A stretch of 64,000 nt of DNA. Origin: Epilithonimonas sp. Its GTDB lineage: Bacteria; Bacteroidota; Bacteroidia; Flavobacteriales; Weeksellaceae. Location: contig NZ_DAMBRK010000002.1 of the NCBI RefSeq assembly GCF_032055105.1, positions 113,646 through 177,645 on the forward strand. Reading direction: 5' to 3'. Shown piece after piece: positions 9,274 to 17,781 of this stretch. The position numbers and the translations under genes were made by a program. The notes under the pieces were generated by a model. That model saw nothing but the letters and a program-made list of their open reading frames with translations. It did not search any database and was not told the origin of the DNA. The first letter of the stretch is position 1. Every line of letters starts with the position of its first letter.

Positions 9274-10657
9274 CTCCTTCTTTTGCTTTATAAGTTTCAC
9301 CGGAAATTTTCAAAATACTCTTCAATTCTGCCTGTGCAATTACAGGGAATGTTCTCGCATACAAAAGGAATAATACAGAGAAAAATCCTATTGTTCCAAG
9401 ATATACACCAACATCAATAATGGTTGGTTTAAACATTGTCCAAGATGATGGTAAATAATCTCTAGACAAATTGATTACGATAATATCAAAACGCTCAAAC
9501 CACATACCGATATTGATAATCAATGCAATGATGAATGTCCAGAAGATATTAGTTCTAACTTTTTTGAACCAGAACGCTGCAGGTACAACCAAGTTACAGA
9601 TAATCAATGCCCAGAATGCCCACCAATAAGGTCCAACCGCTGCTCCAGGAGAAAGATAAGTAAAATCTTCGAATCTTGACCCAGAATACCATCCGATGAA
9701 ATATTCAGTTGCGTAAGCTACAGTTACCATACCACCTGTTACAACGATTACTATGTTCATAATCTCGATGTGGTACATTGTGATATAGTCTTCTAAGTGA
9801 CAAACTTTTCTTGCTACCAACAATAGTGTTTGTACCATCGCGAATCCTGAGAAAATCGCACCAGCAACGAAGTAAGGAGGATAGATAGTTGAGTGCCATC
9901 CTTTAATTACCGACGTAGCAAAGTCAAATGATACCGTTGTGTGTACCGAGAATACAAGTGGCGTTGCCAAACCTGCAAGAACCAAAGATAGTTCTTCGAA
10001 TCTTTGCCAGTGTTTTGCTTTTCCACCCCATCCGAATGCAAGAAGTGTATAAATCTTTTTATTAAATGGAGTCTTAGCTCTATCTCTAATCATTGCAAAG
10101 TCAGGAATCAATCCCATAAACCAGAATACAACTGATACAGAGAAATAAGTTGAGATTGCAAATACGTCCCAAAGTAACGGCGAGTTAAAGTTGGTCCAAA
10201 GTGTACCAAACTGGTTTGGCAATGGGAAAACCCAATATCCAACCCAAACTCTACCCATATGTATTACCGGGAAGATAGCTGCCTGACAAACTGCGAAAAT
10301 CGTCATCGCTTCTGCAGAACGGTTAACGGACATTCTCCATCTTTGTCTAAATAATAATAGTACCGCTGAGATTAGTGTTCCTGCGTGACCAATACCTACC
10401 CACCATACGAAATTGGTAATATCCCAACCCCAGTTGATAGTTCTGTTAAGTCCCCACGCACCGATACCGGTTCCGACTGTGTAAGCGATACAACCAAATC
10501 CATAAACGAACAAGATTAAAGCCGCATACAAAGATGCCCACCATAATTTACCTGCACGTTCTTCGATAGGTCTTGCGATATCCTCTGTGATATCGTGATA
10601 AGTCTTATGACCAATAATTAAAGGTTCCCTTATCGGAGCTTCGTAATGTCCTGACAT
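9260..10657 (-). CDS. actC: Alternative complex III subunit ActC (NrfD/PsrC-like membrane subunit)
   Basis: 465-aa NrfD-like polytopic protein immediately downstream of actB. Confidence 0.85.
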   Translation of the reverse strand: MSGHYEAPIREPLIIGHKTYHDITEDIARPIEERAGKLWWASLYAALILFVYGFGCIAYTVGTGIGAWGLNRTINWGWDITNFVWWVGIGHAGTLISAVLLLFRQRWRMSVNRSAEAMTIFAVCQAAIFPVIHMGRVWVGYWVFPLPNQFGTLWTNFNSPLLWDVFAISTYFSVSVVFWFMGLIPDFAMIRDRAKTPFNKKIYTLLAFGWGGKAKHWQRFEELSLVLAGLATPLVFSVHTTVSFDFATSVIKGWHSTIYPPYFVAGAIFSGFAMVQTLLLVARKVCHLEDYITMYHIEIMNIVIVVTGGMVTVAYATEYFIGWYSGSRFEDFTYLSPGAAVGPYWWAFWALIICNLVVPAAFWFKKVRTNIFWTFIIALIINIGMWFERFDIIVINLSRDYLPSSWTMFKPTIIDVGVYLGTIGFFSVLFLLYARTFPVIAQAELKSILKISGETYKAKEGDEHH

Positions 10658-10675
10658 TTTTTACCTATTTATTAT

Positions 10676-13600
10676 TTAAACGTTTTTCTCTTCTTTTCTG
10701 TTTCTGATTTTTGCGTGATAGAATACGTTTGGTTTTGTACCAATCTCTTCAAGCAAAGTATATTTTCTATTTCCGTTGAACAAGCTTCTAACTTCAGATT
10801 CTACGTCATTCATATCACCGAATTTCATAGCGCCTGTAGAACAAGCAGATGCACAAGCAACAGCACCTTGGAATTCTGCATCCGTCACTCTTCTTCCCTC
10901 CTTCTTAGCATTCAGGATTGTAAGCTGAGTTTCTTGGATACAAAGAGAACATTTCTCCATTACCCCTCTTGTTCTTGTTACAACATCTGGGTTAAGAACC
11001 ATTCTTCCCAAATCATTGTTCATATTGAAATCGAACTTATCATTCAACGCATAGTTGAACCAGTTGAATCTTCTTACTTTGTAAGGACAGTTGTTTGCAC
11101 AATATCTGGTACCGATACATCTGTTGTAAGCCATTTGGTTTTGACCTTGCTTACCGTGAGATGTTGCAGCAACCGGACAAACTGTTTCACAAGGTGCGTG
11201 GTTACAGTGCTGACACATTACTGGCTGGAAGATTACGTCCGGATTATCAGCCGCATTTTCCAAAGCTCCTTCAATACCTAGAAGGCTACTTCCGTAAAGT
11301 TCTGGCACTGCCATTCCTTCTTTAAGACCTTCGTAAACTTCAACTTTTTCTTCAGAAGAGTAGTAACGGTCAATCCTTAACCAGTACATATCTCTAGACA
11401 TTCTAATCTCTTCTTTTCCAACAACAGGAACGTTGTTTTCTGCCTGACAAGCTATAACACAAGCGCCACAACCGGTACAAGAGTTAAGGTCAACTGATAA
11501 GTTAAAGTGAGGACCGTCTGTATCATCATAAGAATCCCAAAGATCAACCTTTCCAATTGGAAGTTCACCTCCAATCGTGTGCATTTTTAAAGGTGCATTC
11601 CACTCATCAACAGGTTTATTAATAAAATCTTCCAAAGAAACTTCTTTAGCAATTTCGTAACGACCCATTAATGTATTTTGAAGCTGCATTCCTGCAAATT
11701 CGTGAGTTTCTCCAGTTTTTTCAATTTTAACATTAGAAATAACTGTATTGTAACCGTCGAATAATGGATATGCATTGATTCCTGTTTCAGCAACTTTACC
11801 AGAATCTTTTTTACCATAACCAAGCGCCAATCCTAATGAACCTTCTGCTTGACCTGGCTGAATAAATACTGGAACATCTTTCAATGTTACACCATTTACA
11901 GTAAGATTAACTTTGTCACCATCCAACTGCATTCTTGCATTAAGGCTATTCTCAATATCAAGAGTTTTAGCATCTTTTGGAGAAATGGTTAAGTAGTTAT
12001 CCCAAGACAATCTAGAGATTGGGTCAGGAAGCTCCATCAACCAAGGGTTGTTAGACTGTGTTCCGTCACCGATACCTGATTTAGTATAAAGTTGTAATTC
12101 GAATTCAACATTTTTGAATGCTGATAATTCTGCAACTGCTTGAGCTGCGTTTCCTCCAGCATAACTTAATCCCATTGAAAGACCTCCGTTCGTGAAACCG
12201 TTATAAAGGTTTTTGTTGAAAGAAAGACCGCCGTTAAGAACTAGAGCGTTTGCTTTAAGATAATTATAATAATTATTAGCAGGACTATTTTTTCCATTAA
12301 TCCAAACTAATAAAGATTCTTCAACTTGTCTAGAAGTATAAATCTTCTGAATTGTAGGCTGCATCAAAGAGTATGCACCTGTTTCTGGAGTGATATCACC
12401 CCAAGATTCTAACCAGTGAGTATAAGGAATCACTGCTTTAGAAGCTTTGTACATATCATTCTTTTTGTCTACAATCGCCACAGAATAAGGAACTTTTTTG
12501 AATGCTTCAAATAAAGTCTGTCCTTTAGCGTGAGAGTAAACTGGATTCACATTGTTAGTAATCAAAACACCAACTTGTCCTCCATTTAACCAAGAAACAA
12601 ACTCGTTGAATCTTGCGTTATCGTATTCTTTAAGGAAATTAGCTTTACGTGTAAAAGCTTTAGAACCTAATTTTTGATTGATTAAATGTGCTAAAACATA
12701 AGCTGCTTTTGAACCGTCAGCAAAAACAACAGCTTTGTCGCCTTTAGCTTGAAGTTCTTTAACAATTGCAGAAGCTGTTTTATCAGAAGTTCCACCGTTA
12801 AGACCATTATAAACTTCTACCAAAGTTTTGAAAACTGCACTTGGTTTCAATTTATATCTTGAATCTGAGTTAGCTCCCGTTAAGCTCATGTTAGATTCAA
12901 CCTGAATATGTCTTAGCATATTTTCTCCAGGTTTTCTAGCAGCAGCGTAAGAAACTTCTAAACTTCCTCCGTTGTAATCTCCTAGGAAATCTGCGTTGAA
13001 AGAAACCACCAATTGACTTGAACTCAAATCATAAACTGGCAATGCTCTTTGTCCGAAAACTTCTTGTGCAGCATCCAAAGCCGCAGCGTGAGGATATGCA
13101 TCGTAAGTGATTAATTCAGCGGAAGGATATTTTGTTTTGAAATCAGCAAATAACTTTTTGAAAGTTGGACTTGGGAAAGAGTGAGATAATACTACAATCT
13201 TTTTACCGCTAGCCTGAGATTCTGTTAATCCTTTAAGGATAAAATCATCAACTTTATTGAAATCCTCTTGCTCCTCACCATTCAAAGCTGGTTTTTTCAC
13301 TTTATCATTATCATAAAGAGAAAGAACACTAGCCTGAGCTCTGGCATTAGTTGTACCTAATGAACCAGCAGCTGGATTAGGGTCAATTCTGATAGGACGA
13401 CCTTCCCTTGTTTTTACCAAAACACTTGAGAAATCGAAACCGTCAAAATATGAAGATGCGTAAAAATTCGGAATACCAGGAATGATATCGTGAGGTTTTA
13501 CAACATAAGGAATCGTTTTAAGAACCGGTGCTTCACAAGCTGCTAATGTAACAGCTGCAGTAGAAAACCCTAATATCTTAAGGAAATCTCTACGAGAAGT

Positions 13601-13735
13601 CCCTGAACTATTAGAATCATCTAAGAATTCTTCAACCGGAATTTCATTCTGGAACTCTTTTGCCGCTAACTTTCCAGTCAAAGTCGGGTCTTTTAGTTCG
13701 TGAATACTTCTGAATTGTATTTTATTTGAAGCCAT
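10676..13735 (-). CDS. actB: Alternative complex III subunit ActB (molybdopterin-oxidoreductase-like plus 4Fe-4S ferredoxin domains, Tat signal)
   Basis: Twin-arginine signal SRRDFLKILG. Fe-S motifs CTGCGACVIACQ, CQHCNHAPCETVCP and CIGTRYCANNCP. 1019 aa. Confidence 0.9.
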   Translation of the reverse strand: MASNKIQFRSIHELKDPTLTGKLAAKEFQNEIPVEEFLDDSNSSGTSRRDFLKILGFSTAAVTLAACEAPVLKTIPYVVKPHDIIPGIPNFYASSYFDGFDFSSVLVKTREGRPIRIDPNPAAGSLGTTNARAQASVLSLYDNDKVKKPALNGEEQEDFNKVDDFILKGLTESQASGKKIVVLSHSFPSPTFKKLFADFKTKYPSAELITYDAYPHAAALDAAQEVFGQRALPVYDLSSSQLVVSFNADFLGDYNGGSLEVSYAAARKPGENMLRHIQVESNMSLTGANSDSRYKLKPSAVFKTLVEVYNGLNGGTSDKTASAIVKELQAKGDKAVVFADGSKAAYVLAHLINQKLGSKAFTRKANFLKEYDNARFNEFVSWLNGGQVGVLITNNVNPVYSHAKGQTLFEAFKKVPYSVAIVDKKNDMYKASKAVIPYTHWLESWGDITPETGAYSLMQPTIQKIYTSRQVEESLLVWINGKNSPANNYYNYLKANALVLNGGLSFNKNLYNGFTNGGLSMGLSYAGGNAAQAVAELSAFKNVEFELQLYTKSGIGDGTQSNNPWLMELPDPISRLSWDNYLTISPKDAKTLDIENSLNARMQLDGDKVNLTVNGVTLKDVPVFIQPGQAEGSLGLALGYGKKDSGKVAETGINAYPLFDGYNTVISNVKIEKTGETHEFAGMQLQNTLMGRYEIAKEVSLEDFINKPVDEWNAPLKMHTIGGELPIGKVDLWDSYDDTDGPHFNLSVDLNSCTGCGACVIACQAENNVPVVGKEEIRMSRDMYWLRIDRYYSSEEKVEVYEGLKEGMAVPELYGSSLLGIEGALENAADNPDVIFQPVMCQHCNHAPCETVCPVAATSHGKQGQNQMAYNRCIGTRYCANNCPYKVRRFNWFNYALNDKFDFNMNNDLGRMVLNPDVVTRTRGVMEKCSLCIQETQLTILNAKKEGRRVTDAEFQGAVACASACSTGAMKFGDMNDVESEVRSLFNGNRKYTLLEEIGTKPNVFYHAKIRNRKEEKNV

Positions 13736-13756
13736 TTATACTTCTAATTTTTGTTA

Positions 13757-15130
13757 TTAATAATGACATTTACCACACTCAAGACCTCCAATTGCATCTA
13801 CAGTAATCTTACTACCTTCACCATACTGTTTTTTCAACTTATCGTGTAGATTTTTGAAGTATTCTTTATTATAACCGTTGTTCATATCTACTTCTGTAGT
13901 TCTGTGACATTCGATACACCATCCCATTGTGAAGTTGTTAGCCATTTGAACTACGTTCATTGTATCAATTTTACCGTGACAAGCTTTACAAACAACATCA
14001 ATTTTGTTAGCAGCATCTTTTTGCTTAGCATTGAAACTATTGATGATTGCTTGCTCACCAGCAACAACGTGTTGAGAGTGATTGAAATATACGAAATCTG
14101 GCATATTGTGAATTCTTGTCCACTCAACTGGTTCAGTTTTACCCGTATAAGCTTGCTTATCTTCATCCCATCCTACGTGCTGATAAATCTTTTTGATTTC
14201 TCCTGTGTAGAATTCTCTATCTTTTCCTGGCTCGATATATTTCCCTTTGTATTCAGAAATAGAACGGTGACAGTTCATACAAACGTTAAGAGAAGGGATC
14301 TCAGAAACTTTACCATACTTAGCACCTGAGTGACAAAGCTGACAGTCAATTTTGTTTTCACCAGCGTGAATCTTGTGAGAGAAATAGATTGGCTGCTCCG
14401 GAGCGTATCCTTTGTAAACACCAACCCACATCAACCAGTTCCAAACACCATAAACAGCGAATAATGCTAGCAAACCTACAAGTCCTTTTCCTACATAACT
14501 GTATTTTTCATACAATGCAGAATAAGAAACCACTCTTGTAGAGTTAAGATCTGATAATTCTGGAGTTTGTTGTAATTTAACTAATTGACGAATCTTAACC
14601 AACAACCAGAATAACAAACCAGCAATTGCAATCAATGCTGCAATTACGATTTTAGAATTCAATTGTTGTGCTTTTTGAGCTTCGATTGCAGCAGTACTAT
14701 TTACATCAGCACCTTCTGTTGCTGTTGCATCAGCTGCAGGCTCTTCTTTTGGAGGATTCGTTGTATACTCCAAGATATCATCGATATCCTGATCAGAAAG
14801 TTTTCCTTCGAAAACCTGCATCGCAACCTTTCCATTTTCTTCATAGATTTTGTTTGCGTATGCGTCACCTGAAGCTCTAAGCTTTTCGTTGTTGCTGATC
14901 CATTTGTGAAGCCAATCAACATCCTGACCGTCTTTTTTAACTTTTTCAACAACACCGCCAAGTGCTGGTCCTACAACTTTTTTATCCAGTGCGTGACACG
15001 CAGTACAGTTAGCCTTGAACAGCTCCTGACCTTTCTTCGGATCGCCTTGTGCATAAACGGAAGCGCCGGTTGATAACAATAGACCAATTGCTATCAGACC
15101 CTTTTTGTAATGCTTTCTCCAACTAATCAT
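13757..15130 (-). CDS. actA: Alternative complex III subunit ActA, multiheme cytochrome c with a fused N-terminal class-I cytochrome c domain
   Basis: Six CxxCH motifs (CTACH, CQLCH, CMNCH, CKACH, CIECH, CGKCH), a signal peptide and a central TM segment. Confidence 0.85.
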   Translation of the reverse strand: MISWRKHYKKGLIAIGLLLSTGASVYAQGDPKKGQELFKANCTACHALDKKVVGPALGGVVEKVKKDGQDVDWLHKWISNNEKLRASGDAYANKIYEENGKVAMQVFEGKLSDQDIDDILEYTTNPPKEEPAADATATEGADVNSTAAIEAQKAQQLNSKIVIAALIAIAGLLFWLLVKIRQLVKLQQTPELSDLNSTRVVSYSALYEKYSYVGKGLVGLLALFAVYGVWNWLMWVGVYKGYAPEQPIYFSHKIHAGENKIDCQLCHSGAKYGKVSEIPSLNVCMNCHRSISEYKGKYIEPGKDREFYTGEIKKIYQHVGWDEDKQAYTGKTEPVEWTRIHNMPDFVYFNHSQHVVAGEQAIINSFNAKQKDAANKIDVVCKACHGKIDTMNVVQMANNFTMGWCIECHRTTEVDMNNGYNKEYFKNLHDKLKKQYGEGSKITVDAIGGLECGKCHY

Positions 15131-15179
15131 TTATATAATCTTGGGTTAGTAAATTTTATTCAGTTTACATTCAATCCGG

Positions 15180-15187
15180 CAAAAATA
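15180..15187 (-). promoter_or_regulatory. Candidate Bacteroidota -7 promoter element (TAnnTTTG) for the act operon
   Basis: The minus strand reads TATTTTTG about 50 nt upstream of the actA ATG. No well-spaced -33 TTG was seen. Confidence 0.3.
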
Positions 15188-15293
15188 ACACTTTAACAAA
15201 AATTAAGAAGACCTTATCGCATCCTTTTTTTTCATTTGTAATTAATTTGTAAGCATTCTAAATAACGGAGTTTGCGTTTCAATCAATTTATTT

Positions 15294-15301
15294 TAAATTT
15301 G
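15294..15301 (+). promoter_or_regulatory. Candidate -7 element (TAAATTTG) for the SPOR gene
   Basis: Exact TAnnTTTG match 16 nt upstream of the ATG. Confidence 0.35.
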
Positions 15302-15316
15302 CTAAAAATATTTTAA

Positions 15317-15826
15317 ATGAACAACCTGCTTAAGCTTTTTATAATCTCAACATTATTTTGTTTTTACCAAATTGATGCTCAATATGTTGTAAAAAAAGAT
15401 ACTTTATCCGGAACTGAGCTTTCTTTTGCACTAGATGAGCGTGTGAATGATGCTCTGGAAAAAATTGAAGACAACTGTAACAGAAATTCTGGTGCTCCTG
15501 TAAAAACTCCAACTAAAGTTTTGGTTGCAAACAGAGAGCTTACAAATGCCGAAATCTGCAGAAAGAATCCCAAAATTATGGGTTTCAAAATTCAAGTTGT
15601 GATTGTAAAAAGTAATGATGAAGCTAGAAAGATAGCAACAGAATTCAGAAATGATTTTAGAAACTTGAAGGTTGAGACCGATGCGTCATTAAGACCTAAC
15701 TATAAAATATTAGCCGGAAGTTATTTCTCAAAACAAAGTGCGTCTGAAGATTTGAAAAACATAAAAAAAGTTTATCCTTCTGCACGTGTTATTCCTTATG
15801 CGGTTTTTTGTGTAGAAGCCAAATAA
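15317..15826 (+). CDS. SPOR domain-containing protein
   Basis: Signal peptide. The C-terminal ~75 aa show a SPOR-like pattern (GFKIQVVIVKS ... YKILAGSYFSKQSA). Confidence 0.65.
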   Translation: MNNLLKLFIISTLFCFYQIDAQYVVKKDTLSGTELSFALDERVNDALEKIEDNCNRNSGAPVKTPTKVLVANRELTNAEICRKNPKIMGFKIQVVIVKSNDEARKIATEFRNDFRNLKVETDASLRPNYKILAGSYFSKQSASEDLKNIKKVYPSARVIPYAVFCVEAK

Positions 15827-15845
15827 ATAAAATCTAAAAAATAGA

Positions 15846-15876
15846 AAAGACCTCCGGAACTCCGAAGGTCTTTTTT
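15846..15876. terminator. Hairpin between the convergent SPOR gene and the membrane-protein gene
   Basis: aaaagacctccggaactccgaaggtctttttt. An imperfect stem flanked by an A-run and a T-run. Confidence 0.55.
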
Positions 15877-17152
15877 ATTTGTAATAAGTTTCTAAAAATT
15901 GATAGAACTCTGTTAATCGATAATAATTATTCAATCCGAGGTAGACGGTCATTATCAAAAGTAACCCGTAAAGTAAACTGATTGAAGTTCTCTTTTCTCG
16001 ATAACTGAAGAACAACCAACCCAACAATAAGGGATAAACAAACACAAAATGTCCGCCGTAAATGTAAGATGTATGAAGTCCAAACTTCAGAACGCAATGG
16101 ACTAATACATCAAACAAAAATGTGATTACAAGAATCCAAACCAATTTGTTTTTGCAATTTTTGAAAACGCTCCAAATCATCATTAATAAAACAATCCCAA
16201 TAAAAAGATAAGGAACAAATGATGTGTAAACATCCATAAAAAGTGCTTTGTAATAGAACGTTTTGTCTTTGTTATGATAATCTCTGATTTCGTAATTTGA
16301 AAACAGAATATTCCCACCAAAAAACCAAGAATAAATCATATCCCAAAGTGGCGTTGCTTTCGGCTTAGAAAATTTATCATATTGCTCTTCGGTTTTGTTA
16401 AGGAAATTCTGGAAATTAAAATCTAATCTCAGCAAAAACAGAAAAACAAATACAATAACCGAAGTCCCGATTTTCGCAACAGCCATCCCGATTTTCTTCC
16501 AATTCCAAAAGATTTTTTTCTCAAACAAAAACGGAATGTAAACTTTGACAATATTCGTAATCGTCAATCCACCAATGAAAACAGAACCAAAAATGGTTGC
16601 TGCAAAAGAAACAGATTTTTCTTCTTTGATTTTCTTTGCCGAATAATAATTAAAAATCGAAAGAAACAACAATGTGTAAGTATAAGTTTCAGGCGTGAAA
16701 GACAAGAGAATATTAGTCACAAACAATCCGTAGAAAGCCAGAATCAAAAGACTGATTTTCAGTGGAAGTTGGATAATATTATTCAGATATTTGAATATTT
16801 GAACATTCGCCAACGAAATCACAACTGTCGAAAACAAAGCTAAAACCAATCTGAAAACCGAATCGTATCTATTTCCCGAAATCCATAAAGCGAAATCTCG
16901 GATTTGGTCAAAGAAATAATTGGACAAAGGATGTCTTTCAAAACCTCCACCGGTTTGAATAATCGCTCTATTATCAAAACTGAAATAACCATCCCAAGGG
17001 ATTCTGTCATCATAGATAATTCTGAAATTTTCTGCGATAAAAGAAGCATTTGCACCATAAAGAATGACGAAGAATAAGAAAATCAATAATTCTATTTTGG
17101 TTGACGGAAAAACTGATTTCAGAAAGGATAAAATTTTGTTCAATAGTTTCAA
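15875..17152 (-). CDS. Polytopic integral membrane protein of unknown function (GT-C-like topology); TTG start
   Basis: 425 aa with many hydrophobic helices. There is no in-frame ATG near the 5' end, and 17150-17152 reads TTG on the minus strand. Confidence 0.55.
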   Translation of the reverse strand: MKLLNKILSFLKSVFPSTKIELLIFLFFVILYGANASFIAENFRIIYDDRIPWDGYFSFDNRAIIQTGGGFERHPLSNYFFDQIRDFALWISGNRYDSVFRLVLALFSTVVISLANVQIFKYLNNIIQLPLKISLLILAFYGLFVTNILLSFTPETYTYTLLFLSIFNYYSAKKIKEEKSVSFAATIFGSVFIGGLTITNIVKVYIPFLFEKKIFWNWKKIGMAVAKIGTSVIVFVFLFLLRLDFNFQNFLNKTEEQYDKFSKPKATPLWDMIYSWFFGGNILFSNYEIRDYHNKDKTFYYKALFMDVYTSFVPYLFIGIVLLMMIWSVFKNCKNKLVWILVITFLFDVLVHCVLKFGLHTSYIYGGHFVFVYPLLLGWLFFSYREKRTSISLLYGLLLIMTVYLGLNNYYRLTEFYQFLETYYK

Positions 17153-17169
17153 ACTTGAGATATTTTTTG

Positions 17170-17177
17170 CAAAAATA
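17170..17177 (-). promoter_or_regulatory. Candidate -7 element (TATTTTTG) for the 425-aa membrane-protein gene
   Basis: Minus-strand match 18 nt upstream of the TTG start. Confidence 0.3.
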
Positions 17178-17208
17178 GAAAATGATTTTTGTTTAGAATG
17201 ATGAAACT

Positions 17209-17532
17209 TTAAAGATGTTGAACAATCTCGGAATGACTGTTAGTAATAAAAGTGACAAGGTAACGGTTCTCTATATTTTCAAAGAAAACATACCAAGTTG
17301 TCGTTTGATTGGCTTTGTAAAAAATATATTTCGAGCCCAACTCAATTAAATTTTCGGGTGTTTTTCTGAATGGGAAAATTGGAAGATTATATTCTATGAA
17401 ATCGTAAATTTTCTGGACATAATCTTGTGCATCACTTTCAAAACCAAAATATTCATTTTTATATAAAATGAACACAAGGTCTTCTAAATAATCCGTAACA
17501 TTTTTACGAATTATGACATTTACTTTTTCCAA
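17209..17532 (-). CDS. ParE/RelE-like toxin candidate; TTG start overlapping the upstream ORF
   Basis: 107 aa with a ParE-like C-terminal pattern (YIFYKAN...WYVFFE...YLVTFITNSH). There is no in-frame ATG. The TTG start overlaps the end of the 65-aa ORF by 13 nt. Confidence 0.5.
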   Translation of the reverse strand: MEKVNVIIRKNVTDYLEDLVFILYKNEYFGFESDAQDYVQKIYDFIEYNLPIFPFRKTPENLIELGSKYIFYKANQTTTWYVFFENIENRYLVTFITNSHSEIVQHL

Positions 17533-17717
17533 TTCAAAGACTTTATAAACTCAGAAGTTTTCTTTCTTGCTTCGGAAACAGTGATTCCTTCACGCCATTC
17601 TTTCTCAAAATCAAAAGATTTTCTATTTCTGATTTTATTAATTTCTTCAATGACAGCAGGATTTTCCAAAGAATGAATCCATTTGATGATTTCACTTTTT
17701 TCAGATGCTAAATTCAT
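17520..17717 (-). CDS. Small antitoxin-like protein (addiction-module-component-like)
   Basis: 65 aa. Lies immediately upstream of, and overlapping, the ParE-like ORF. The helical N-terminus resembles Bacteroidota ParE partners. Confidence 0.45.
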   Translation of the reverse strand: MNLASEKSEIIKWIHSLENPAVIEEINKIRNRKSFDFEKEWREGITVSEARKKTSEFIKSLNWKK

Positions 17718-17781
17718 TGTTTTTATAGATTGATTATAACAAAGATAGAAAATTATTAGTTTTGATTTTTAAGAAAAAAAA

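Noticed and set aside
10715-11281. 188-aa plus-strand ORF inside actB. The plus-strand ORF at 11095-11325 is a similar case.
   Set aside because: It lies fully antisense to a strongly supported Fe-S/molybdopterin-type gene. The translation is low-complexity with no recognisable motifs, as expected for an antisense frame in AT-rich DNA.
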